Source of the DNA: the human T2T-CHM13v2.0 reference genome, Homo sapiens
NCBI RefSeq assembly: GCF_009914755.1
Contig: NC_060926.1
DNA: 64,000 bases
Strand: one strand, 5' to 3'
Position 1 is the stretch's first letter. Each line of letters begins with the position of its first letter. The position numbers were made by a program, and so were the translations under genes. Below the pieces are notes generated by a model. It worked only from the letters and a program-made list of their open reading frames with translations, was not told where the DNA came from and did no database searches. Below are positions 13,351 to 28,889 of this stretch, piece after piece.

Positions 13351-15589
13351 GTCAGTGCACAGGACCCCTAGAAATAGCCTAATCTCTCTAGGAATGTGCT
13401 CCTTTACTCTGTCTGCTCACTCTGCTGTCTTTGATGATGTTTTTCTTTCTGCAACAACACACCCTGCACTGAATTTCAAAGTGTATAGACAAATTCCCCT
13501 TTGGTTTTCAGTATATTGACTTCTGATTGTTTTTGATATTTGGTACATGTAAAACTTAGTCCACATGCTTATGCATTTAACCAAAGTAATAAGCTTCTCA
13601 GGACAAGCATTATTAAAATTCCTTGTGCTCACGAGCCCTGACAAGGCACAGAGATTTCTAGTCAATAATGCATGCCAGAATTTACCTTTGTTAATCTTTG
13701 GAGTTTTCCTTTTAGAATTAATTTATGTACCAAAAAGGATCAGATAGCTGCGATCAATTTCTCTAAAAATTCAGTGACACACAAGATATTAAAAAGAACA
13801 AAGCAATACTGAGAACACTGGGCCCTGTAATTTCTGAAATTCACTGAACCTAAATTCATTTGTACCTAAAAGACCAAGGGCACAGAAGGGAGATCATTCT
13901 TAAAGACACAGATGGAAAACTGCCCATAGTTCCTTGTGGCCCATTGCTACTGCCAATCCTGTTTTCTGCTCATCATACTTCTTGGATCTGCTTCTTTCTA
14001 AAACTCTCTGGCCTGATTACTTTTTTAACCCATAGTTCTTGGTGCTTTTCTAAACCATTCTTTTGGAAATTTTGTTCTTGGGAAGATTTCTTATGATTTA
14101 TTTTCATGTTTTCACTAAACTCCTTTTTTAAATCAGTTTTTATTTTATCTTTGCTATGAATGTCTATGAAATTAGATAAAAAAATTTTATTTAAATTTAG
14201 AAATTTGTAAGTTAATGACAAGGGTAAACTAAGTTTGTTTTTAACTTTTGAAAATCTTTCCAAAATATAATTTATCTTTAGTACTAGATGTTTGACCCTG
14301 CTTTATGAACATGCAGTGTATTCCGTATCCAGTATATAAATTAAACAGAGCCTTGCCACCCTCTCACCTCTTAGGAACATAAAACCCATGTTGCAAGCAG
14401 AGACAATACAATTAGAAGAATAGCCAATCGCTTATGTAGCTACTGGGCATACTAATCAGATTTTGATAATGCCCTGTTACCATGACAGCCAGTGACTCAG
14501 AGATTTTCTCATTAGTGTTTGACCAGCAATGGTCCTTTTAATAGATCTTCCTGTTTTCCCATTCAATTACTGAAATTAATATGAGGTGAGATACATCATT
14601 ATTCACTCATAATATGAATTTACATTTAGCACTTTCTTACGGCAGAATTGTAGTAAAATACTGCTATACTGTTTGCTTTTTTTCAGTGCATGAGACAAAT
14701 ATAAGGGGAGAAAATAAATATAACCATAAGTGTTTTTAAATGAGAGATATTGAATAGCAAATGTTCTTTTTGTAGAATTAATAAAAAAGAAAAAATGATC
14801 ATTAGAAACAACAACAAAAAAAGCTCTATTTTGGTTTATTTGTGGTGAAACACATTCTGAAAGAGTTTATATCTCAGACCACAAACATTTTATAATCCTT
14901 GTATGCAAACCAACACTAAATAGCAAATGAATATGAAAAAATATATATGTACCTACAGATAGTGTTGATAGATTAAAAGTTGTTGGAATTTATGTTTCCT
15001 GGAATTTAAATTTGTAATATTTGACTTTTGCTTTGGCTTATGTGATTTGGTAAGAAAAGATAGTTAATTAATGAAGATAATATATTTCCTATCTCATGGT
15101 ATACTTCATCTATAATTTAAAATCAAACCTAAAATAAGTTTGATTTAAATATGATACTCTAATCTGTAGTTGATTTTTTAATGAATACAGTTATAGTCTT
15201 CAGAGTCCAGCTCTGGGCTCTGGTTGATTCTGCTTTCTTGGGAGAGGCCTAGGGTGGACACAGTATATACTAACATTTACTGTCCTCCTATGCTCTTCAC
15301 ACAAGACACATATACTTTTTCTTATTTTTTTCTTTCCTTTGCTTTTAACATTTCCTTTATTTTTAATTTCAGTTGCTTCTAGTTGAATATTTTCTCTAAC
15401 TGTTAGCTGGATGTATTCCTGACTACAATGGTAGCTGACACTGTCAGGCACTCTATCTTCTGCAATGATGACATATCCAAATTTTGTTTGGGGGTCAATT
15501 ATTCTTGACATGATTGTGGTTTACCTTGACTGACCCCAATCAATCTTCTTTGTCCTATTTCTCGTATCATAGCAGACATCTCAAGTGCC

Positions 15590-17140
15590 TAAATAATAAA
15601 TACAATAGACATAGTAATACTCATATCAGACAAAAGAAGATTAATAGGTAAAAAAATAAACTGAGGGGATAGCTAACACTTGAGAATCCAGCTAATATGA
15701 TGTCGAAATATATAAAACAAAAAATCTCGTAAAACAAGATGATAGTAAAAAAATGTAATAATCAGAATCAAAGACTTCAAGGTATCTCTCTCAACTTTTA
15801 ATCTGTCAAGTAAACAAAATTTGTAGTGGAATTAGAAGAATTAACATGGTAGTATAATTAACAGTATATATTTACCTCTGTACAAGGAGAGAATATAAAT
15901 TTTTTGAGTTCATTTATGGTTCAATTTTCAAAAAGGCATAAATTCTTTACCCAAAATCTAGCATAAATTCCTCATAGTATAAATTATACAATCCATAATT
16001 TATGACCAAGATTCAATGATAAAAGGAAGTGATATGAAATTAATAACCATGAATGAGATTAATCACAAATTTTTAAGACACATGTAAATGAATACTGAGT
16101 CAAAGAGGAACTATAAACTTTCATTACATAGTTGGTAAACAGTTAACAACTACAACACTTACGAAGTTTATGAGATGTATCCAAAGCCGTATTCAGAGTA
16201 AAATTCATAGCTTTAAATTCTTTATCATTAAATAAGAAAAAAAGAAAATAAGTGGATTATGAATTCAAATTGAAAAAACAATGAAATAAAAAATGCAAAA
16301 GAATAAATCAATGAAAATTAGAAATTAATAATGAGAATAGAAAAAGGATGTATATTTATGTATGTTATATACCTATGAAAACTTCTGAACTTATATATAT
16401 ATAAAATATATAAACATTTGTATATAAATTTTTTATATATTTATATACATATAAATAATATACATATATACATGCACATATATGTGTAAATTCAGAATTT
16501 GTCTGTCCTCAAGGGGAAAAATAATGAGGAGGTACAATACATTAGATATCCTGGAAAACTGCTGAAAATATATTAATAAGTAAGAAAACAGTAATATACA
16601 TAGCAACTTGGAAGGAGATAGTACTATATACACAGAAACTTATATTATATATATATACTATATATATATGTGCTTAAATTTTTTAGGAAATAATAAATCT
16701 CTGTGAAAGTAAACATTCTCAATGCTAAATCAAGATGGAAGAAAAACCTGGACTAGATTAAAAACTGTTGAAGAAACTGAGTTTTAAAGTTTTACCTTGC
16801 ATGCCCATCTTTAGCAGTTTTATGAGTGAGTTTTTAGAAACTTACCAAAAAGAAAGAAAGAAAGAAAAAAAAGTGTTAGAATAAAACAGGTAATTTTTAG
16901 TTTCATTACCTAGCCCAAGGACAGAAAAAATAAAAGGGAAATTCATTACTGGTTTTAAAAATAAAGCATAAACATAATTTTAAACCTAACGGATACAGTA
17001 CTCACATGGTAACAGAGACCCATTTCACTATTTTGAATGCAAAACTTTAAAAAATGATATAGAAAATGAAAGCAGTTGTATGTTTAAAAAGAGCAATATA
17101 CCATGACCAAGTAAGAATTGTACTAGGAAAGCATGAAATA
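15590..17140 (+). mobile_element. Ancient L1M ORF2 fragments
   Basis: A-rich; atactcatatcagacaaaa, ccaaagccgtattcagagtaaaattcatagctttaaat, ataccatgaccaagt. Confidence 0.7.
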
Positions 17141-18358
17141 TATAAATGATCCGACTATGAGGACATCATATAATAAATTATACTTATAGATATTGGAAGT
17201 TACTTTAAAAAGTGGCATAAATCTAGCAACTATACCTGTTAACACACGTTTGCATATATTGTTAGGTCCCATGTGTTGAAATTGATTAGGGGAATGGATT
17301 TTGGAACAGCTAAAACTCTTAATAAGATCTGCCAGGTGAATGTCAAACCTGGATGCCATGAAGCTTAATGAGTCAAAAGCAGAATGGTGCTTACAGGAAA
17401 TAGTTCAAGAGGGGAACATAAAACCAACCAGGTAAAAATGTAGACAATCCCCAAAGTCAAAACAGGAGCAAGGGTCCAAGCTAACATCTGTCTATGGAAG
17501 CTTAATTACTTCTCCAGTTGGTGTTTACTCTCTTTAAATGTTGACTACATATTTTATTTTTTTCCCTTAATAATAATGACTACTTTTTGTTGAACACTAA
17601 CACCGTCTAACATATTTATAACTCAAAAAATGAATGTGGAAATCCTTTAAGTTTTATACAAATATAATGCAGACTATACAAACAGAAGGCATTTAAAAAC
17701 TTGCAAGTCTTCAAAATACTGCATTGCCTCAAAATAATACTATACACATAACTGATTATTTCTATCTATTGTTTACAGTGGAATTGGTTCTGTTTTTATC
17801 TAAGTTTTTAATTTCCTCAGTAGGACTTGTCTGTCCAGATCTTTTTTAAGGACATGGATAACTTTCATCACAGTGTAACTCATTATTATTACATATTTAC
17901 CACTAGATTGAGGTCATATATTGGTAAGATAAAGCACTCTTTGCATTTACTTGGTAGACTGATGGAAATGTTGGTAGCTGTTGAGAGTGATTCATCAATC
18001 ATTGAAAATGATAAATGAATGGATCAATGCAGGGAATGTGCATTAGCACTATCTTTGTACTACTGAAAGAAGAAAATGTACATTGCCAAAAAGTGGGAAC
18101 ATAAACATACCCTTGTGCAAGGTAGAGGTCATACGAGTGGCTCGTTTTAGAATGCTAGCCTCACCATTGCCAGTCTTTTCAGGTTTCTCTTCTGCAAAAT
18201 AGAATAATGATGCCTACTTTATAGTTTGATTGTGAAGACTAGTGTTATAATATCTGAAAAACACAAATACGGTTGCTAGGCACACATATGTTCAATAAAT
18301 GTTAGCTATCATCATATTTTTCATTGATAGAAATTTTGAGAACTTAAAAAGATAGCTC

Positions 18359-18694
<336 letters not shown>

Positions 18695-19669
18695 TTATAA
18701 AACTGTCAGCCACACAGTGGGCTACGAAGGGAAGAGGCAATTGTGTTTTCTGGATTATACCAAACTCTGTTGGAAAAATGATATGCAACCATCAACATTA
18801 GTTGGTAAAATCGTGTCTAAAATTCATACCCAGTAAATGATGAAGATAGTTATAAACTGAAAACCAAATTCAATTGCTCCAAAATGTATGTTATCTAACT
18901 CTTCTCAGCTCATAAAATGTAAATGTTTCTTTAAAATTGTGCCAAACTCATCCTATTTTTTTTTATAAAAATGAGAATTTTTTTTATTTTAGATTTTAGA
19001 TTATGTTTTAGAAAGAAAACAAACTTGGCCAGAAACAGCAACAGAATTCCATTTTAAAATCATCTTTTTGATTTGTTTTTTGCACAATATAAAAAATACA
19101 GTGGTTGAACTTCCTTATCCACAGGCAGGTTCTATTTTTGTCCCATTTAGACCAGCTTTGGGCAACAAAAACACAGAGTTACATAATCAATATTCAGGTT
19201 AATAATGTTATATCAGTAAAACTCATGCTACATTACTTAATAATATATTAATTGGTCTTTACCTACACCAGAGGACTGCTTCATAATAGTAACATAATTT
19301 TGAATGTAAATACAATGTCCAGTTCACCAGTGCTTGGAGTTGCATTTTCTTCTGTATGACCACAGCTTATTATGTGAAACAGCATGTAACTCCCCACATA
19401 TCTCTATAAGTGAAAGCAGTGGGATTAGTGGTTTAAACAATTTCACAGTGCCACATTTTATCCTGAGTTCCCTGCCTGAGGCAGAAATAGAGCTGACAGC
19501 ATCCTGTTAAACAGAACTTCTACCCTTAGGAGCTGATTCATGAATTGTGAATAAATGGACCTCTCCAAAATACCTCATGTTCTCTCTTCACTGTACAGGC
19601 TACCTATTCACATATTTATGTAGTGCCTAAAACCATAGTATGAAAACCCCTTGACAAGTACATTATTTA

Positions 19670-20017
<348 letters not shown>

Positions 20018-20819
20018 CGTATATATATATATATGTGTGTATATATATATGTATATATATAATATGTATACACACACACACGCAAAACTTTATTTGGTGT
20101 AAGCTGGAAGTTAAGAGTACAAATTTCAAATTATTTTTAATAATACAGATATTGATATATTATCTCTCTAAAAATTATGATGTCCTCTTTCTTCCTGAGC
20201 TGCAGAAGTAGCTGTTTTCATAATCTGGAAAACATAGTAGACTTTTATTAAGACAATTTTGACATGCCTCTGTTAAGTAATAATATTCAACTTTATATTC
20301 TTTGCAGAGGTGTATATTATGCTTCTGTTCTTAATATAGTTATCACCTTTATGTGAAAGGGCTAAGCATTAAAAATAACAGCATACTGCTTTGAGTAGTT
20401 TTTTTTTTTTTTTTTGGTCTAATTCTAAAAGTAATAAAGGATCATCATAGAGAAAAGTGTTAAAAAGAAAATAAATATTTCTCACAGTCCTACAACTCAA
20501 TGAAAACCACATTTTCTTTGTAAAACCAACATTGCAAGTATTAATTTTAGCTTTATACACATTTACAAATGCCCTTATAATAATGTCCGTACGTATAGTA
20601 GTTACCTGCTTAATATTTAATCAACTAATGTTAAGGAGGGAAATTTGGAACGGAGAGGATCTTTAGACATATCTGTATTGGGGAAGGCCTGGTTTGAATG
20701 TTGATGGCAGTTACCTTTTAAACAGCAACTACCATATGTCAAGTATTGCAATTGTACGTAGCAATTATAATGCTATGTGTATTTATGATGCTGCTTTCTC
20801 TTCCTCAGTTTATAGAAAT

Positions 20820-21135
20820 ACTACATCCTCTGTGTCGTTTGTATTCATAGTTAAATTGAGGCCATATAACTGATCTCTGGCCAGCGAAATGTGAATGAAA
20901 GTCACATTTTCAGCTGTTGCACATTGAAGAGCAAAGTTTACCTCCTTCAGGCTCTCTTCCCTTCTCTTCAGAACCACATAGCTTTATACAAAGACATAGC
21001 TTTATAATGGCATAAGACTGCTTGCTTTCTGTTGAAATGGGATTATAACCAAGACAAATCAAGATATCTTTGTTATATTAAGCCTTATAAGACTGGACGG
21101 CTTGTCTATTGTGGCTGCTAGTGTTAACTATCCTC
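20820..21135 (+). mobile_element. Old ERVL/MaLR LTR fragment
   Basis: gaggccatataactgatctctggccagcgaaatgtgaatgaaagt resembles LTR16/LTR33/MLT1 core motifs. Confidence 0.4.
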
Positions 21136-21979
21136 TGAATTTATGTATTATGTATTATAGATAAATTTATGTATTATAGATAAATAAATGAATTTCAAGG
21201 CACTGCCCAAGCGCTTTCCTCCACGAAGTGGCAGAATCTGGTTATACACAAGATGCGACTTTTAAAATCAGACTTATTTTCCAGTATGGGTGTGGAAGAG
21301 TATTTGCTCTGTTATTTTACTTAAACTCCCAGCACCTCAGTTGCTCATTTGAAAAGGATGGTAATATATATCAAAAGGTTTTCATGAATGTTCCACGAGA
21401 AGATATATATAAAGCATTCAGCACAGTTCTGATCTCAGAATCAGCATTTGGTAAAAATAGCATTATTATGGTTGTTGTTGTTTGGCAGAAGTAGGATTCT
21501 AACCTAGGTCTGGTTTGCTGTAAAACTGGTATTGCCTCTAAGTCTATTGGCCTGTCTCTCTTTTTGTAGAAAGAAAATAATTTTTAAAAAACCCATAGGA
21601 ATGCTATAAGCTCTTTAAGGGCAAGGTCTAGATCTCACCCATCTTTGTATCCCTGGGACACAGAAGGTAAACTGAAACATTATAGAGAATGAGAAAATAT
21701 TTGTTGAATTAGAATAAACAGAATTGAAGATGCGAGACCAGAAATGTAGTCACTTTCTTTCATGCTCCCAGAAGGTATTATGTAATTTTAGGGACATACT
21801 CACAAATATACACATACACAAACACATACACATACCATTCATTATTTCTGAAATCACTTTATCAGAAGAACCTACAACCTAGTATTAGTCCTGCATTGGA
21901 CAAAAAATCCTAAAATACAAAATCTTCTATAAATAATATTACACCAAGAATAAATTTCAGTCAAAACCCAATAATAGAA

Positions 21980-22589
21980 GCACTTCCAGAATGGCAGGAT
22001 AAGGACGTTCAAAAATATATTCCTTCATAAAAGCAGAGATAATATGGGGGGAGAGGAGGGAATGTTAAAATCCACTTTTTTGGAACACAGGAGCTTAACC
22101 AAAGGCTTACATCAACCCAAGGAGCACTTATTCAAGAAAAATTGCTGAAACTTACTAAGAAGAGTGAACTCTTTTATGTTTTAACTTTCTCCAGTCCTAA
22201 ATAGAAAAGCTGGAGAGTGAAATGTCCAAAGGGGATTTGAAGCACACTGACATATTTCTAAGAATATGGAAGGACACATACATGCAAGCGGAGGGCTGTG
22301 CACATGCATAGGAAAGACTTGAGAAGGGTCTAATCTCTTGCATCTGGTTGACCTCAAGGACTTGCACAAGCAGGAGGTAAAGGCTAAGGCTAAGTTGTAA
22401 ACTTCCAGAATGTTAAAGATGTGTCCTAACATGCACACAGAGACACTTGCCAAAGATTGGGTGACTTACTGGTTCAAAGCATTTAATGACCAGTTGACCA
22501 ATCATTATTTGGCTATTAAGCTAATCTAGAAGAAACTTCTGTGGCCACACCAAACATGGAATACAGACTTTACTGAATTACCTCAGGAA

Positions 22590-22623
<34 letters not shown>

Positions 22624-22750
22624 AGAGCAAACAGCAATAAAAACAAACCTTAGAAGGAAACCTGATTTTCAGAAATTTCAAATTATTTAAAATGTCAGGT
22701 TTTAAACAATGTCCAAAAATAGAAAACATGAAAAGGATCAGGACAAAGAA
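21980..22750 (+). mobile_element. Old L1M 5' region fragment, containing (CA)n at about 22593-22620
   Basis: acttccagaatggcag start; catgcataggaaagacttgagaagg and cttgcatctggttgacct motifs of old L1 5' regions. Confidence 0.55.
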
Positions 22751-22754
22751 CAAA

Positions 22755-23122
22755 ACTTATGAATATGTCATGTTATATGACAAAGTGCCATTAAAGTTGC
22801 AGGTGTGATGGAAATCTGTAATCAGCTGACTTTAAGATAAGGAGATTATCTTTGATTATCTAGGTTGACCCACTGTAATCACAAAGTTCCCTTAAGTGTG
22901 GAAGATGAAGGCAGAATGGTCAGAGTAAGAGTGATGTGACATGAAAAAGGGATTCTCCCCTAGAGAGACCAGAGAGAACCAGCTCTTATAACACCTTGAC
23001 TTCAACCCAATGAAACTTATTTTGTACTTATGGCCTCCAGAACTGTAAGAGAGTAACTTCATGTTATGTTATGCCACTAAGTTTGTGGTAATTTGTCACA
23101 GCACAAAAAGAAAACAAATACA
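22755..23122 (+). mobile_element. MLT1D/MLT1C LTR (internally deleted)
   Basis: ggagattatctttgattatctaggttgacccactgtaatcacaa; gattctcccctagag; gccactaagtttgtggtaatttgt...aaataca end. Confidence 0.85.
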
Positions 23123-23129
23123 CTATTCT

Positions 23130-24510
23130 TCCACAACTATAGTTGAGTTTTCTATACTAACCTCCTGTCAATATACAACTTTGATGAGCTCATTTATTAA
23201 TTTAAAAAATTTTAGTATATTTTTTAGACTTCTCTATATACAAGATCATATCATCTCTGAAGAGAGATCATTTTACTTTTTCCTTTCTAATCTAGATACC
23301 TTTGATTGTTTTTTTGTTATCAAATTGCTCTGGCTCGAACCTCCAGTGCAATGTTGAAAAGAAGTGACAAATGAAGACATCCTTGTCTTATTTTTGATTT
23401 TAGGTAAAATGTGATCAGTCTTCCACCATTAAGTATGATGTTAGTTGTGGGATTTTTGTAGATGCTTTTATTAGGTTGAAGAAGTTTATTTCTATTTCTA
23501 GTCGAATATGTTGATCATGAGAGGATGTTGGATTTTGTTAAATGCTGCTTCTGCATCTGTTGAAATGATCATTTGGTTTTTATCTTTTATTCTATCAGTG
23601 TGGCCTATTACATTGATTTTTGTATGTTGAACCAACCTTGCAGTCCTGAAATAAATGCTAGTTGCTTATGATATACAGTCATTTATATATGTTGCTGGAT
23701 TTGGTGTTATTAGTATTTTCTTGATGACATTTTTATCTGTATTAATAAGAGACATGGGTGATGCCTTTTTCAGGTTTTGGTATTAGAGCAATACTGGCCT
23801 CGCAGAATAAGTTAGGCAGTGTTCCCTCCTGTTCTATTTTTTGGAAGAATTTGTGAAGTAGTAGTGTTAATTCTTCTTAAATATTTGGGAAAATTCATCG
23901 GGAAGCCATCTGGTCTTGGGCTTTTCTTTGTGGAAAGGTTTTGATTACTGATTCAAGTACAAGAATTTGTCTACTCTATCCAGGTTATCTAATTTGCTGC
24001 CATTTTTTTCTCATATTTGTTGCCATGTTGTTAACAATTTCCCTTATAAATCCTTTATAATTCTGTAAATCTGGTAATGATGCCTTTATATAATTATTGA
24101 TTTTAATAATTTGAGTCCTCTCTATTTTTTTGTTGCTCAGTAGAGCTAAAGTCAATTTTGTTGCTCTTTTCAAAAAATCAACTTTTATTGTTGAATTTTC
24201 TATATATTTTTAAATTCTTTTATTTATTTACATTCAATATTATTTTCTTCTGCTTGATTTGGATTTATTTTTCTCTTCTTTTTCTACTTGCTTAAGATAG
24301 AAAGTTTGGTTATTATTTGAGATATTTATTCTTTTTAAATGTACCATTTACATCTGTGAATTTTCTTTCAAGCAATGCTAGAATTATCCTATAAGTTTTC
24401 ATATGTTGTGTTTTTGTTTTCATTCATATCAAAATATTTTCAGATTTCCCTTATAATTTCTTTTTTGGCCGATTGGCTATTTTAAAGTGTGCTGTTCCAT
24501 TTCCATATAT
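23130..24510 (-). mobile_element. L1M ORF2 fragment
   Basis: T-rich antisense L1 motifs (catccttgtctt, tcttccaccattaagtatgatgttag, gaagccatctggtcttgggcttttcttt). Confidence 0.85.
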
Positions 24511-25482
24511 ATGTCATGTGCTGCTTAATGGTGAGGATACATTTGATAAATGCATCATTAGGCAATTTCATCACTATGCAAACATTGGAGCGTGTACTTA
24601 CACAAACCTAGATGGTATAGCCTACTGCTCTTCCAGGCTATATACCATAGACTATACAGACTATAGCATATTGCTATTGCTATTGCTCCTATATAACAAA
24701 CTTATATAGTTACTGTACTGAATACCATATACAATTGTAATATAACAATATTTTATATAGAAACACAGAAAGATATAGTAAAAATACAGTATAAAAGATA
24801 AAAAGTGGTATACTTGTTTAGGGCATTTACCATGAATGGAGCTTTCAGGAATGGAAGCTGCTCTGGGTAAGTCAGTGAGTGAGTGGTGAGTGAATGAGAA
24901 GGCCTAGGACATTACTCTACACTACTGTAGACTATAAACACTGTACACTTAGGCTATACTGAATTTGTTTTAAAATCATTTTTCTTCAATAATAAATCAA
25001 CCTTAGCTTACGTAACCTTTTACTTTATAAACTATTTAATTTTTTAACTTTTTGATTATTTTGTTAACAGTTTGAAACACAAACTGTACAGCTGTACAAA
25101 AATATTTTGTGCTTTTTCTATAAATTTTTCTCTGTTTTTTATTTTCAAACTTTTTGTTAAACACAAAGACACACACATTAGCCTAGGCCTACACAGGGTC
25201 AGGATCATTAATATCACTTTGGCCCACTTCCACATTTTGTCCCACTGGAAGTTCTTCAGGGGCATAATAATATGTAATATACCCTTAAACAACTAGCAGT
25301 GCAGTAGATTTGTTTACAATAACATCACCACAAACACACGAGTAATGTGTAGCCATATGGCATTATGAAGGTTATCATGTCACTAGGCCATAGGAATTTT
25401 TCAGCTCCATTATAATCTTATGAAACCATATCATATATGCAGTCCATCACTGACTGCAATGACTTTATATGGCACATGACTG
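24511..25482. mobile_element. Tigger3b/MER7-type DNA transposon
   Basis: Termini gtcatgtgc / gcacatgactg; tacttacacaaacctagatggtatagcctact; gtgagtgagtggtgagtgaatg. Confidence 0.85.
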
Positions 25483-25611
25483 TGCCTTATTCCATTGGCC
25501 AAAGCTCAGAGGGAGGGAGTGTGGGGACTATGAAGCTACAGGGTTAAGGGCTTGGATGCAGGAAGAAGTGGAGAATTAGGACCATTTTTGAACTCTGTCA
25601 TTTATATGCAT

Positions 25612-25982
25612 GGGATGACCATACATCTAGGTTTGCCCAGAAAAGTCCCAGTTTATTCCTGTCATCCTTATAGAAATATTATTTTTTAAGAAAGAGAATC
25701 TTGCTCTGTTGCCCAGGTTGGAGTGCAGTGGTGCATCATAGCTCACTGCAGCCTAGAACTCCTGGGCTGAAGCAATTTTCCTGCCTTACTCTCCATACGA
25801 CCTGGGACTACAGGCACATACTACCACATCAAACTAATTTTTTTTTTTTTGAGACAGGGTCTCACTTTATTGCCCACGCTGGTCTCAAACTCCTGGCCTC
25901 ATGGGATCCTCCCACTTTGAATCACCCCCTTGTTACTCTAAAAAGTGTCCCAATTTTAGTGATAAATTATATGGGAACTCTA
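25612..25982. mobile_element. MER96-like hAT MITE interrupted by an Alu
   Basis: gggatgaccatacatctaggtttgcccag ... gtcccaattttagtgataaattatatgggaactcta. Confidence 0.65.
25682..25920 (-). mobile_element. AluJ, 5'-truncated
   Basis: Antisense Alu with J features (catagctcactgcagcct, gagacagggtctcact). Confidence 0.9.
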
Positions 25983-28029
25983 CATTTGGAGGGTTTTAAA
26001 TAGAATGGATGCACTCATTGAAAAAATCTGTGAAGTAAGCAGAAGAATTAAGATAAGTTTAGAGTCCATCAAAGAGGTTCCAGAAAGCAAGAGATGAGCC
26101 AAAACAGAATGGGTCTGAAGAAGCGAAAAGGGATACATGAAAGAGGGCTAAATGAGAAGGTCAACAGCATCAAGGCATAGACTATCAAATGAATGTGTCT
26201 GTTGTGTTTGTCAACTAGAAAGTTTTTTACTGACTATGATGAGAGGCTTCATAGGAGTGGTTGCAGTGAATTAAAGAGTCAACTAATTCTTGCTCTCACA
26301 CTGATTTAAAAATAAAACTTTAATTTCACTCTTTTGGGTCTTACATTTAAAACAAAAGGGACCAGACTCTGCGGAATTGAGATCCTCTGAGTGTTAACAT
26401 TTTCAGGATCTGAATACTAAATACAGATGCCAGACTAAAACCAAATGTGTAAGAACCAAGACCTGTAGCTTACATTTATTCTCTATCCATCATTTTTGAC
26501 ACTAAATAAAAATGATCTGGTGTGTATTCATTGGGAATTATTCTGATTTTATTTTATTACGGCTGTAAATTCATTTTCCTTCACGTATTTGATGTCTTTG
26601 ATTGATGCAAAACTCAATAAGACTTACTGTAGTTACATTAAATATTAACCAGAACATTATTTTGAAACATTTGGGAAGCTGTGACATCCAACCTGATCCA
26701 AAACCTTAGTATATATATTAAACACAGCAACTAAAAGACTTGCCAAGATATGTTTGACAATTGTCCTAACTTTGATGAAGAAAATAAGAAAATACCAATT
26801 TCCCCAGTAGAGAGTTTACTGTAAAAAGCATTGCAGATTTGACATTGCGTGAAAGTTTCCAACTATAAGCAAATGCAGACTTAATGGCAGTAAATGACAT
26901 TAAATTTTTTAAATGACAAAACCTGCATTTGAAATGTAGGTACATAACTTTTAGTTATTTGAAACTTCAAGGATAGCTAATTGGCTAATACATAAGGGGA
27001 CAGAAAATCTGACTAGTAGTAACTTTGAACCAAAAAAAAAAAAAAAAAGAAGAAAAGAAAAGAAAAAGAATCTTTGTGTAGTTGAATCCTTATCTTGGCT
27101 GTTACTTACACATTGCAAACCTATTTTGTATGAGTGGACATCAAATTCCCTTTGGGATTCTCAATTTCATTTATTTTATCAATAAAAAGAGCCTCCTTGT
27201 GGAGAAAGGAATAAGTCACATATAAATGAAGTAGAAGAGATTACACCAGTAGCTGAGCTTTTACTTTGACTAATCCAATAGCTTTGGCCAAATATCTCAA
27301 TGTCAAAAGCATTATGAGTATTCTACGACGTAAGTCTGGAAAAGAGAAATCAATAAGAAAGTATTGGATTGATTAAAATGTTTACTTTTCCCCTCCATCC
27401 TTCCCCTTCTCAAGCTTAATGGCTCTTTCTCATACCAATCTGATCTTTGTTATGGTTATTGGCTGGCCTTGTTTCTTGTTATAACTCCACATCTAGAACT
27501 CATTTCTGCATCATATACTTTTCTGTCTCTCCATAATTTCAGTATTAGGGTCCTCGCTCAGATGCATGTCCTTTGTCACTGAACTTGACGACAGGCTTTA
27601 AAGAGATTTTACAAGTCCCATTTACACAAATTATTTATTTTGGTCTTCAACAATGTTAAAATGCATGATGTAATTTTTATAGAAGAGAAAACATGCTTAG
27701 CAAGATAATTCTGCCAAAGATTTCTCTGCTTAACTATATAGTTAAGTCTTTTCAACTATTTTGCTCATCAAAGATCTTGTACATCATAGAAGATTCTAGA
27801 AAAGTGACCTTGATATTTATCTTGCACCTCAGTGCCTTTAGCATGTACTTTTTCTGCTTAGAATATACCCCAAACTCTTTTCTTCATCCTTTTTAATGTG
27901 TCTTCAGGGCTGAGCTTTCAAATCCACTTATTAAGGATATCTTTCCCCAACCCTTAAATTATTATTTAAGATAATTTCCCAGATAAGTTTTTCTGTTTAT
28001 ATGTCTTTATCAGAATTATGATACATGGG

Positions 28030-28339
28030 TTTTTTTGTTTGTTTTTATTTTTGAGACAAGGTCTCACTTTGTTGTGTAGTCAGGAGTGTGGTGGTGTGAT
28101 CTTGGCTCACTACAGCCTCAACCTCCCAACATCAAGTGATTCTTCCACCTCAGCTCCCCAAAAAGCTGGGACCACAGTCACACGCTACCACACCCAGCTA
28201 ATTAAAAAATCATATTTTTTGTTGAGATGAGATCTCACTATATTGTGCAAGCTAATCCCAAACTCTTGAGTTCAAGTGATCCTGCTGTCTTAGCCTCCCA
28301 AAATTCTGGGATTATAGGCATGTGCCACCACTCCCATCC
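28030..28339 (-). mobile_element. AluJ within L2 remnants
   Basis: Diverged antisense dimeric Alu. Confidence 0.9.
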
Positions 28340-28889
28340 ACATAAGGCATTTTTTATGAATGCCTGTGTTCTCTACTGGGTTGTGAACTTAGGGAGAGGA
28401 TGAGGATACCATAATGTCCACTTATGTATTTCCAACACCTTATGGCACTGAAAAACTATTGTCATCTGACTAATGGTCTAGTTGCCATTTTAGGGCCTCA
28501 TGATCTCATTTATGAATCATGACACAAACTGCCTTATTTTCCATGTGCCTCTCTCAATTCCATATTGTCCAGGCCTGACTGATTTGTGATCTTAAAACAT
28601 GGATTTTATCATGTTACATTCTACAACCACACTGTCACTCTCTGTTATTTATGGAAAGACAAAAGTGATACTCAGTGTATCATTCATGACCCTCCATAGA
28701 TTGACCTAGATCAAATTTCTGACCTTGTCATACCCTCTTCTCTCCAACACAAGCACTTTGTCTTTGCCATAGTAGCTGATAGAATGGATTCAGAATACTT
28801 CTTCCTGTTCATCTTTATTTTGACTTTCTACTTGTGTTCTTACTCATTTTGAATTCTCTCTACCTTCTTACTAGTTTATATTATTGATA

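Noticed and set aside
13109-13519. 136-aa ORF as a standalone gene
   Set aside because: Only 13207-13350 looks coding and is bounded by splice sites; the flanks translate the polypyrimidine tract and intron, and the listed start is not ATG
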